In this document: positions 20,675 to 29,676 of the stretch, one piece after another | Layout: each line of letters starts with the position of its first letter | How positions within the stretch are numbered: position 1 is the first letter of the stretch | DNA from: Candidatus Hodarchaeota archaeon | GTDB taxonomy: Archaea; Asgardarchaeota; Lokiarchaeia; Sigyniarchaeales; SOKP01 | Assembly: GCA_048887225.1 (NCBI GenBank) | Contig: JBHLJY010000005.1 | Coordinates: 160,656-224,655 of the forward strand | DNA length: 64,000 nucleotides | Reading direction: 5' to 3' | The notes under the pieces: model-generated | Told to the model about the DNA's origin: nothing | Database searches by the model: none | Seen by the model: the letters and a program-made list of their open reading frames with translations, nothing else | Program-made: the position numbers and the translations under genes

Positions 20675-20808
20675 AAGTCAAATAAACTCTACTTTTTTTC
20701 CCTATTCTAAAAAATACTTAAAAACTAATATTTTTTTTTGACTAAAAATAAATATTATATAAAAAAAAAGAAATATCAAAATTAAAAATATTTGTAAATT
20801 AACTAGGA

Positions 20809-21249
20809 TTGGTGTTTACAATTAGCATCCGTAGAACTGAGATTCAGAAGCTTAAAACTGGAAATTTTATTATGGTTGATGACGAGCCTTGTGTTATAAA
20901 AAGTACCGAACGCTCAAAAAGTGGCAAACATGGGCATGCGAAAGTCCGGGTGGTGTGTGTAGGAACGTTTGACAATAATAAGAGATCATTAACTTTTCCA
21001 AGCGGTCAGATGGTTGAAGTTCCTGAGATTATAAAAGGCAGTGCACAGATTAATTATATTGAGGACACACTCATTAATATCATGGATTTAGAAAGTTACG
21101 AATCAATGGATATAAACTGGCCCAAAGATGAAAATTTAGTAAAAAAATTAAAAGATCTCCAAGCAGTTCCTAGCAAAATGTCATCTGCACAAGTAGAATA
21201 TTGGCAATTGGCTGGAAAAACACTGATTAATAGAGTATTTACTACATAA
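20809..21249 (+). CDS. eif5a: Translation factor aIF5A; true start may be GTG 20812 or ATT 20821
   Basis: Hypusination motif SKSGKHGHAK. Confidence 0.95.
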   Translation: MVFTISIRRTEIQKLKTGNFIMVDDEPCVIKSTERSKSGKHGHAKVRVVCVGTFDNNKRSLTFPSGQMVEVPEIIKGSAQINYIEDTLINIMDLESYESMDINWPKDENLVKKLKDLQAVPSKMSSAQVEYWQLAGKTLINRVFTT

Positions 21250-21347
21250 CTCCTTTCATAGAATCTTATTTAATAGTTCTTATTTAATTATTTTTTTAAA
21301 AAATATTAAAAACTATTTAATTCCAATTAAGAGAGTTTGGTTTTCTT

Positions 21348-22256
21348 ATGGAGAAAAAAGCGATTGCAATAGCTTGCCGAATGGATTCGGAAAGAGCAAT
21401 TAAATTAGCTAAGAGAGTTTTTGAGTTTCTCATAAAAAAAGGCGAAGTAGTTTATTTAGAAACTAGGATAGCGCCAAAAATCTTAATCCATAGTGGGAAA
21501 GACCTAAATGATATGACCTCAAAGAGTATAAAATTTTTAATATCGATTGGCGGTGATGGAACCATTCTCAGAGTATCAAATGGTTTGTCTCAACACGATC
21601 CGCCCCCTATATTTGGAGTAAATATTGGCTCTGTAGGATTTTTGGACGAATCAAACGAAAGAATAGTATTTAAAGATTTAACGCCCTTATTAAATGGAGA
21701 TTATCTAATTGAAAAATGTTCTAAAATCACCCCTTATATAGTTAAAGAGAACGATGAAATAAAACTCAGCAACGCGCTAAACGAGATATTAATTGTTTCT
21801 TCCAAGAGTTCAAAAGTTTTACAAGTTTCTATTTCTATTAATGGGGTTTTCCTCAATCGAAGCTATTTAGATGGAGTAATTATTTCGACGTCTACAGGTT
21901 CCACTGCATATAATTTAAGTGCTGGTGGTTCAATACTTACACCAAACACGGAAATCATGCAATTGACTCCTCTAAATTCGTTTGCTCGTTCTGGATTAAG
22001 ACCTATAGTTCTTCCTATTGAATCAGAAGTAGAAATTAGACTTCTGAGACCCCGATTGAACGCTAAAATTGTAATAGATGGTCAACAAACCATAAAAGAT
22101 ATTCAGCCAAATACGATAATAAGAGTTAGGAAAGCAAATTCTGAGACACACCTCATCCGCTTATCTAAAAACCTATATGAGAATTATTTTAAAAGATTAA
22201 GAAAGAAAATTATTGGAACAGTAAGGGTTCCTTTAGATGACTCTCCAGAGGAATAA
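21348..22256 (+). CDS. nadK: NAD(+) kinase
   Basis: GGDGTIL, ALNE, DGVIISTSTGSTAYNLSAGG. Confidence 0.95.
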   Translation: MEKKAIAIACRMDSERAIKLAKRVFEFLIKKGEVVYLETRIAPKILIHSGKDLNDMTSKSIKFLISIGGDGTILRVSNGLSQHDPPPIFGVNIGSVGFLDESNERIVFKDLTPLLNGDYLIEKCSKITPYIVKENDEIKLSNALNEILIVSSKSSKVLQVSISINGVFLNRSYLDGVIISTSTGSTAYNLSAGGSILTPNTEIMQLTPLNSFARSGLRPIVLPIESEVEIRLLRPRLNAKIVIDGQQTIKDIQPNTIIRVRKANSETHLIRLSKNLYENYFKRLRKKIIGTVRVPLDDSPEE

Positions 22257-22791
22257 TAATAAAAATAAAGAAATTTTAATTTTTGATACAAACATTTTTC
22301 TAACTGGTATAGACTTCAATTTAATTAACGGTATAATATATAGTACGCCAAATATCATTAATGAAATTAAAATAGATAAATATGTTAATAAAAATAGAAA
22401 TATTTTGAATAAAATCCAAGCTGCAATTGACACTAAAAAGCTAATTTTAAAAGTACCATCAAATGAATACATAGATGAGGTAGAAAAAAAATCAAGATTA
22501 ACCGGAGATTATAGCGCTTTATCAAATGCAGATAAAGAATTAATCGGGTTAACTTTAGAGTTGATGGAAACACTAACCAAAAACGTAATAATTTATACGA
22601 ACGATTATTCAATAGAAAATGTATGTTCGCAATTGAACATCCCTTTCTCTCCTTTATTAAAAAATGGAATTAAATCAAAAATTATCTGGGAAATTTTTTG
22701 CCCTTTCTGTAAAGAAAGTCATAAAGCTGAAGATTTAAATAAAAACTGTGTAAGATGTGGATCAAAACTAAAGAGAAGACCAAAAAAATAA
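22237..22791 (+). CDS. nob1: NOB1-family PIN endonuclease
   Basis: FDTN, TGD...LSNAD, TNDYSIENV, C-terminal CPFC...CVRCG. Confidence 0.9.
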   Translation: MTLQRNNNKNKEILIFDTNIFLTGIDFNLINGIIYSTPNIINEIKIDKYVNKNRNILNKIQAAIDTKKLILKVPSNEYIDEVEKKSRLTGDYSALSNADKELIGLTLELMETLTKNVIIYTNDYSIENVCSQLNIPFSPLLKNGIKSKIIWEIFCPFCKESHKAEDLNKNCVRCGSKLKRRPKK

Positions 22792-22861
22792 AAGATCTTA
22801 GTGGTTATTATCTAAGTAAGCATCTAAATAATAATTAAAGAACTCTCAACCAAGATAAAAA

Positions 22862-23896
22862 ATGGGCGTCAAAATAAACGATTTGGTGAAAACAGTAAAA
22901 AGATCTATAACCTTCGAGAATTTATTTTCAAAAGTAGTAGCCATCGATGCATTTAATACCATATACCAATTCTTAGCTATTATACGTCAAAGAGATGGAA
23001 CGCCTTTAAAAGATTACGAGGGTAATGTTACATCACATCTTTCAGGTTTATTTTATAGAACAATCAATTTTTTAGAGAATAATATTAAGCCTATATATGT
23101 ATTTGATGGAACGCCTTCGGATTTAAAATTAGAAACAATAATAGAAAGAAAAAAAGTAAAAAACGAAGCTAAAGAGAAAATGATAAAAGCACAAGAGAGA
23201 GAGGACTTTAGAGAAGCAAAAAAATTTGCTCAAATGACTTCCAAGCTCGATTCTAATATGATTCAAGAGAGTAAAAAATTAATACAAAATCTTGGGATTC
23301 CAATTGTACAAGCAACTTCGGAAGGAGAGGCTCAATCTGCATATTTAGTTGAGAAAGGTGATGCATGGGCGTGTGCATCTCAAGATTACGATACATTATT
23401 ATTTGGATCTGAGAGATTAGTGCGAAATTTCGCAGTAAGTCGAAGTAAAAAGGTTAAGGATACTACAGTTACTTTAGATATCGAATATATTTCTTTATCA
23501 AAATTTTTAAACAATTTAGGGATAACCAGAGAACAATTAATTGATATGGGGATTTTAATAGGAACAGATTTTTTTCCAGGTATTAAAGGAATCGGACAAC
23601 ATAAAGCTTTAGAGTTAATAAGAGAACATAAATCAATAGAAAGTATTATAAAAAATAAGGTTAAAGGGATTGAAATAGAATTAGAAGTAGTTAATCGAAT
23701 AAAAGAAATTTTTTTAAGTCCTGATATCAAAAAAGAATATCCGAAATTAGTCTGGAGTAAAATTAACTACGATAATATTGAAGAGTTATTAATTGAGCAA
23801 CATAATTTTTCGAAATCGAGAGTTCAAAATGCATTAGAACGTTTAAGGAAAAAAGATACTTCTAAAACTCAAATTTCACTGGATAAATATTTTTAA
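22862..23896 (+). CDS. fen: Flap endonuclease 1
   Basis: AIDAFNTIYQFL, SHLSGLFYRT, EGEAQ, SQDYD, GTDF; PIP box QISLDKYF. Confidence 0.97.
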   Translation: MGVKINDLVKTVKRSITFENLFSKVVAIDAFNTIYQFLAIIRQRDGTPLKDYEGNVTSHLSGLFYRTINFLENNIKPIYVFDGTPSDLKLETIIERKKVKNEAKEKMIKAQEREDFREAKKFAQMTSKLDSNMIQESKKLIQNLGIPIVQATSEGEAQSAYLVEKGDAWACASQDYDTLLFGSERLVRNFAVSRSKKVKDTTVTLDIEYISLSKFLNNLGITREQLIDMGILIGTDFFPGIKGIGQHKALELIREHKSIESIIKNKVKGIEIELEVVNRIKEIFLSPDIKKEYPKLVWSKINYDNIEELLIEQHNFSKSRVQNALERLRKKDTSKTQISLDKYF

Positions 23897-23996
23897 CAAA
23901 TAAAAATTTCTTTTATATTTGCAAAAGCAAAAACTTTTACAGAATTTAATTATTTAATATATATAACATATTAATTCTAATAATAATTGAATATTT

Positions 23997-26225
23997 ATGA
24001 CTGAAGGAGAAAAAACCGATAAAATCGACGATTCATACCCTAGACATACTCTCAGAGTCCAGAAGGCCAAGAAACGTGATATCGGAAGAAATATTATTCG
24101 AATTGACCCTGAAACAATGGAAAAACTAAATATTCAAACAGGTGATGTTATTGCTTTACAGGGTAAGAAAGAGAGTGCCGGTATTGCGTGGCCTAGTTAT
24201 CCTCAAGATAATGGTTTAGGAATTGTTCGAATTGATTCTAGATTAAGGAAAAATACAGGAACTAGTATTGATGATTCTATTGAAATTAGGAAAATAGATG
24301 CGAAGATAGCACAAAATATTGTATTAGCTCCAGCCAGCGTTAAAATTAGAACAAATCCAAGATTTGAATCTTTTGTAAAAAGAAAATTAAACAATTATCC
24401 AGTTACTATAGATGATATCATTCTCATTTCAATAGGGATAAGTAGAGAAATAACCTTTAAAGTAATTAGCTTAAGACCAAAGGGAATATGTATTATAAAA
24501 CAAGATTCATCTTTGCATATCAGTGAACGTGTTACAGAAGAAGAAGAGAGGGGTGCTAATTACATAACATATGAAGATGTTGGTGGTTTAGACAGAGAGA
24601 TACAGAGAGTGCGAGAAATGGTTGAATTACCCTTACGCCATCCTTCATTATTTAAACGTTTAGGGATAGACCCTCCAAAAGGAGTGCTATTAAGGGGACC
24701 ACCAGGGTGTGGGAAGACTTTATTGGCTAGAGCGGTTGCCAATGAAAGTGAAGCACACTTCATATCAATAAATGGTCCAGAAATTATGAGCAAATTTTAT
24801 GGTGAATCTGAAAAAAAATTGAGGAAGCTTTTTATTGAAGCAGAAGAAAAAAGTCCTTCAATAATTTTTATAGATGAACTTGACGCTATTGCTCCAAAAA
24901 GAGAAACTGTGACAGGAGAAGTAGAGCGTAGAGTTGTAGCACAATTACTCGCTTTAATGGATGGATTACATAGTAGAGGGAGAACAATTGTTATAGGTGC
25001 TACAAATAGACCTAACAGCTTAGATTCCGCTTTACGCCGTCCAGGCCGATTTGATCGTGAAATTGAAATAAAAGTTCCTAATGAAAAGGGACGTCGAGAA
25101 ATTTTTCAAATACACACCAGAAATATGCCACTTGATAAGAAGATCTCATTAAAAGAATTTTCTCAAATAACTCATGGATTTGTAGGAGCTGATATATCAG
25201 CAGTTTGCCGAGAAGCAGCTATGTCCGCTCTAAGAAGATATTTACCTAAAATAGATTTAGAATCTGAATATATTGATCCTGAACTGTTAGAACAAATTCA
25301 AGTAACACCAAACGATTTTGAACAAGCATTAAAAGAAGTAATGCCTTCTGGAATAAGAGAAGTATTTGTGGAAGTACCAAATGTAACATGGGACCAAATA
25401 GGTGGATTAGATGATTTGAAGCAAAAATTAATAGAAGCGGTAGATTGGCCTCTATCGCATCCGAAAATATTTAGCAGGATGGGTATCACTCCACCAAAAG
25501 GAATTTTGCTTTATGGACCACCTGGTTGTGGTAAAACTTTATTAGCTAGAGCAATAGCAACAGAAAGCAAAGCAAATTTTATATCTATCAAAGGTCCGGA
25601 GCTATTATCAAAATGGGTTGGAGAAAGTGAAAAAGCTATAAGAGAAGTGTTTAGAAAAGCTAAGATGGCGGCTCCATGCATTATTTTTTTTGACGAATTT
25701 GATTCAATTGCTCCTACTCGAGGTCGACACACATCAGATTCTGGTGTGTCAGAAAAGGTTTTATCTCAATTTTTAACTGAACTAGATGGATTAGAGGTTA
25801 AAAAAGATATCGTAGTAATAGCAGCAACAAATCGACCCGATATCTTAGATCCCGCATTGATTAGACCAGGTAGAATTGACCGTATTTTATTAGTTCCCCC
25901 CCCAGATGAGAATGGTACATTGGAAATTTTAAAAATCTATACTAGAGATATGCCCTTAACAAGTAATTTAAAGCTTACTACTTTAAATCAAATAGTTAAA
26001 GGTTTTTCTGGTGCGGATATAGAAACATATTGTCGTGAAGCCGCTATGATCGCGCTAAGGGAAAATATTCGTGCTCGGAAAATATCGGAAGAGCATTTTA
26101 GGGAAGCAAGAGAATTAGTTAATCCAAGCATTACTCAAGAAATTATTGATTGGTATAGAAAATTCGGAGAACGTTTAAAACTACGAAGAATAGAAGAATC
26201 AAAAGAAGATAGATTATTCGTATAA
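23997..26225 (+). CDS. cdc48: CDC48/p97 (VAT) AAA+ ATPase
   Basis: N domain plus two AAA modules with GPPGCGKT, FIDELD/FFDEFD, RPGRFDR/RPGRIDR. Confidence 0.97.
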   Translation: MTEGEKTDKIDDSYPRHTLRVQKAKKRDIGRNIIRIDPETMEKLNIQTGDVIALQGKKESAGIAWPSYPQDNGLGIVRIDSRLRKNTGTSIDDSIEIRKIDAKIAQNIVLAPASVKIRTNPRFESFVKRKLNNYPVTIDDIILISIGISREITFKVISLRPKGICIIKQDSSLHISERVTEEEERGANYITYEDVGGLDREIQRVREMVELPLRHPSLFKRLGIDPPKGVLLRGPPGCGKTLLARAVANESEAHFISINGPEIMSKFYGESEKKLRKLFIEAEEKSPSIIFIDELDAIAPKRETVTGEVERRVVAQLLALMDGLHSRGRTIVIGATNRPNSLDSALRRPGRFDREIEIKVPNEKGRREIFQIHTRNMPLDKKISLKEFSQITHGFVGADISAVCREAAMSALRRYLPKIDLESEYIDPELLEQIQVTPNDFEQALKEVMPSGIREVFVEVPNVTWDQIGGLDDLKQKLIEAVDWPLSHPKIFSRMGITPPKGILLYGPPGCGKTLLARAIATESKANFISIKGPELLSKWVGESEKAIREVFRKAKMAAPCIIFFDEFDSIAPTRGRHTSDSGVSEKVLSQFLTELDGLEVKKDIVVIAATNRPDILDPALIRPGRIDRILLVPPPDENGTLEILKIYTRDMPLTSNLKLTTLNQIVKGFSGADIETYCREAAMIALRENIRARKISEEHFREARELVNPSITQEIIDWYRKFGERLKLRRIEESKEDRLFV

Positions 26226-26329
26226 AATTAAGAAAATTAATTAAAGAGATATTATTTTTAAAAACATCAATTAGTATCTATTTTTCAGTTGTATATATTG
26301 GTTAAAAAGATAAGAATTTAAATTTTAAT

Positions 26330-26334
26330 GGTGA
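26330..26334 (+). promoter_or_regulatory. Shine-Dalgarno-like GGTGA, 6 nt before ATC 26341
   Basis: ggtga-aatttt-atc; same spacing as GGTGA-6nt-ATG at 40475-40488. Confidence 0.5.
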
Positions 26335-26340
26335 AATTTT

Positions 26341-26613
26341 ATCGAATCGTATCGATGGAACCAAAAACCGATATTAAACTCAATTATCGAATTGATTATT
26401 AAAAATAAGGGAGAGATTCTAGATAAAAGAATAGAAGAATTACTGAAAAAAGAGTTTCCGTTTATTAACGCATTAATTTTAGAAGAAATTTTTATGAAAC
26501 TGGAGATAATGAACATTATAAAGGTTTTCAGAGTTTCAAAGAATAAAAAGATGATTGTTTTAAATAAGGATAGTGAAATTATAAATGATCAATTGATGCG
26601 TGAATTGCATTAA
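26341..26613 (+). CDS. Small winged-helix-like protein downstream of cdc48; probable ATC start (ORF track start TTG 26392)
   Basis: Frame open from 26335 after in-frame TGA at 26332; (M)ESYRWNQKPILNSIIELI...FMKLEIMNIIKV. Confidence 0.6.
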   Translation: MESYRWNQKPILNSIIELIIKNKGEILDKRIEELLKKEFPFINALILEEIFMKLEIMNIIKVFRVSKNKKMIVLNKDSEIINDQLMRELH

Positions 26614-28136
26614 TTAATTTGTTTATCATGCCAATTTAAACAAACTTGAGATAATGAAATATCTTCAACATTCGATTTATATTTCCTTTTTCTAATATCA
26701 ATAAAAATCGGGTAATTTACGGCATTTCCAATTAATAACATTTCTCCCACACCTAAACTTGATATCATATTAGCGTATCCTTTAGAAATTGCCTCCGAAC
26801 TGTCCATTAAATGCTTTAAATCATAAGGATTTTTTATGTTTAATATCAATTTTGAATTTAGTTGAGAGAGCGCTGTTGCACTCAATCTTTTTGGTCTCTG
26901 GCTAATAAGACATAAGCATGCCATAAATTTCCTTCCTTCCCTTGCAATAGTCTCTATGATTGATTTTGATATTGCTCTTGAATGTGCTGCTTCCGGACAA
27001 AATTGGTGAGCTTCTTCAAGTATTAATAGAAAGGGAGGTATTTTTCTGAGTCTTCTTAAATAAAATAACCGGTTGCATAGATAATCAATAATAATTTGTT
27101 TTTTTCTGATACTAATTTCATTTGCGAGGTTAAAAATAGTTAATTCTCCTTGTTTGACAATATTATTTATAATTGGATTTTCTTGAGGTCCAAATAAATT
27201 TAGGCGATCTAATTCTGATAACCAACCAATCAAAGCTTGTTTAGTACTTTTACTCAATTTTGTATCTCCATCAATAATATCAATTATATCTCTTAGAGAA
27301 AAGTTGTTTTTTTTATCGGGATCCCTATTAAGTTTCTGAATATATGTTGTTAATTCGCGTATTTGCACATTAGAAATTTGTTCTTGATATTTCTTGAAAG
27401 ACCATGCATTTAACTTAGGAACAGCAATATTCATATACGAAATATCTTGTATTTTTATTTCATCCCTTAATTCATTCACTTCATTTAAATATACATATTC
27501 TCCATGTACATCAATTAAAATAATTGCTGGTGTGCCTAATTTATCTTCTCGGGTTAATAATTCTTCAATAATAATTGAGGCCAAATAACTTTTTCCGCCT
27601 CCGGAAATAGAGAGGATTGCAAAATGTTTATTGAATAAACGGTTCATGCTGATTTTAGCATCAAAATTTGAGATATTAACTTTCCCTAAATTTAAACCCT
27701 GTTTAGGATCAAATCCAATAAAAATATTTAAAATATTCTCTTCCACTAAATATACTTCTCCTCCTGGACTTGCGGGATAAGTCATTCTTTGAATCTTTTT
27801 TATCTTTTTTTGTTCTTCGTTTTCGAATTCAATTATTCCCAAACATTTAACGATAGCAATAGCAAACTCAAAATCTTCGCTAGGAAAAAGTCCTTTCAAA
27901 ATATTAGGATTATTATTGCTATTATAGGCTTTTATAGTTAATGCATCAGAAAAATATTCGTTTAACAGTATTATTTTTTCAATTATACCAATCAAAAAAC
28001 CTTCAATGGATTTAGTGTAAACAAATAAACCCTTCTTTACTAAAATTCTATCTCTTCTTTTGTTTATTACAAAAGGAAATTTAGATACATCAGGTAGTTG
28101 GAGATAATTGAAAACAATTCCTACTTTAATAGACAT
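26610..28136 (-). CDS. HerA/DUF87-family ATPase
   Basis: HAS-barrel-like N-terminus; HFAILSISGGGKS, IDVHGEY, LEEAHQF, IAREGRKF, SQRP. Confidence 0.9.
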   Translation of the reverse strand: MSIKVGIVFNYLQLPDVSKFPFVINKRRDRILVKKGLFVYTKSIEGFLIGIIEKIILLNEYFSDALTIKAYNSNNNPNILKGLFPSEDFEFAIAIVKCLGIIEFENEEQKKIKKIQRMTYPASPGGEVYLVEENILNIFIGFDPKQGLNLGKVNISNFDAKISMNRLFNKHFAILSISGGGKSYLASIIIEELLTREDKLGTPAIILIDVHGEYVYLNEVNELRDEIKIQDISYMNIAVPKLNAWSFKKYQEQISNVQIRELTTYIQKLNRDPDKKNNFSLRDIIDIIDGDTKLSKSTKQALIGWLSELDRLNLFGPQENPIINNIVKQGELTIFNLANEISIRKKQIIIDYLCNRLFYLRRLRKIPPFLLILEEAHQFCPEAAHSRAISKSIIETIAREGRKFMACLCLISQRPKRLSATALSQLNSKLILNIKNPYDLKHLMDSSEAISKGYANMISSLGVGEMLLIGNAVNYPIFIDIRKRKYKSNVEDISLSQVCLNWHDKQIN

Positions 28137-28268
28137 GATATCTTTATATTTAAAATTTGAGTTAATTAATCTGCTTGAATTTATTTAAAAATAAGAGTAA
28201 ATTTAAAGAAAATAAGAGTATTGATTTTTTGACTTTTGATACTCTCTAAAAAAAAGAGAAAATGGAGA

Positions 28269-28856
28269 TTAAATTTCTTCTTCGGGTGGCGATTTCTCTA
28301 AAGTAAAAAACATTGAAACAATTAAATAATAACCATTATGCCAAAGATAAAAGAATCCAATAACTAAACCCACAATCATAAAAATTATAAGCCCGACAAA
28401 CAAAACTAACTGTCCTTGAGAGAAATCTTGCAAGAAAGTAAAAGAAATGCCAATAAAGAGTTCATAAAAGAAGGCAACTATTATACCAAGAATTATTGCT
28501 AAAACGCTTACCAATAAGCATATAGTTATAATTTGTATTGATATCCTATTTTTGTATTTAGAAAGTAAAACACGCTCACGAAAAATTGTCCTTAAAAAAA
28601 AAATGCGACCTTTTTTACTCATACCAATGCCAATAACTATTAACACAAATAACCCAGCAAAAAGAGCCCCAATTATCGCAATCTGTAGACCAAGATTTAG
28701 ACCTTGGAATAATTCTAACTTTCCTTCAGCCATAATTAGATCGGCAATCGTGTATACAACTCCTCCTATGGTTATAATACACGAAATAACAATTGCTATA
28801 TAGAATATATTCGCTATGATTTTCTGGTAATTTGAATATATATTCATTTCATTCAT
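28269..28856 (-). CDS. Hypothetical multi-pass membrane protein (paralog of 28902-29492)
   Basis: Hydrophobic segments; shared GK.ELF..L.LG.QIAIIG...AGLF, KYKNR, W.NGY motifs. Confidence 0.75.
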   Translation of the reverse strand: MNEMNIYSNYQKIIANIFYIAIVISCIITIGGVVYTIADLIMAEGKLELFQGLNLGLQIAIIGALFAGLFVLIVIGIGMSKKGRIFFLRTIFRERVLLSKYKNRISIQIITICLLVSVLAIILGIIVAFFYELFIGISFTFLQDFSQGQLVLFVGLIIFMIVGLVIGFFYLWHNGYYLIVSMFFTLEKSPPEEEI

Positions 28857-28901
28857 ATTTATTATATATTCTGAAATATTCCAATTCTTTTTTTAATTCT
28901 T

Positions 28902-29492
28902 TTAATCTTCTTCTTCAAGCGAATATAATAATTTAATTATAAGTCCGTAGCCATTGAACCACATATAAACACAGCCAAAAGCCAATAAAGTTACAATAAA
29001 ATATAAAATACTGATGGTTAATGCTATTTGCCCCCCCGATAAATTTTCAGTAATGCCACCAAGCGTAAATTCAGTACCACCAATGATAGAACGAAGAATT
29101 TCGTAAATAAGCGCAATTACGATACCTATTATTATGGCAAATAAACTCAGCATTAAAGCTCCCGCAGCAAATTTTACAGTTTTTCTATTTTTATATTTAT
29201 CAACAAGTTCTCTTGGTCTATAGATGATGTTTAATAGGGCTGAGACACCTCTCCTAAATAATCCATAAAATAGAATCAATAGAAAAAAGAGTCCTGCTAA
29301 AATACCGCCGATTATTGCGATTTGAATTCCCAAACTGAGCCTTAGAAATAGTTCAGTTTTCCCTACAGCCATTATTATATCCAATATGGTCCAGATTAAG
29401 GATCCAATTATCATTATAAATGAAATAACAAAGGAAATATAAAGTACAGTACCAGTTATTTTTTGTCTATTTGTGTATTTTATATCGTTCAT
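28902..29492 (-). CDS. Hypothetical multi-pass membrane protein (paralog of 28269-28856)
   Basis: Same motifs as the neighbouring gene. Confidence 0.75.
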   Translation of the reverse strand: MNDIKYTNRQKITGTVLYISFVISFIMIIGSLIWTILDIIMAVGKTELFLRLSLGIQIAIIGGILAGLFFLLILFYGLFRRGVSALLNIIYRPRELVDKYKNRKTVKFAAGALMLSLFAIIIGIVIALIYEILRSIIGGTEFTLGGITENLSGGQIALTISILYFIVTLLAFGCVYMWFNGYGLIIKLLYSLEEED

Positions 29493-29676
29493 AATAATTT
29501 CTAACCAAAAATTTTATTTTATTATTGAAAAAATACCATTTAAGATATTTAAAATTGCTGATATTGTTGACTATAAATATGTTTTTTTTCTATAAAAAAT
29601 AATATTATTAATCTTAGAATTTTAAAACCTTAAATTTATATCATTCTTTAAAATAATAATAAAAAAAAAGAAATGC

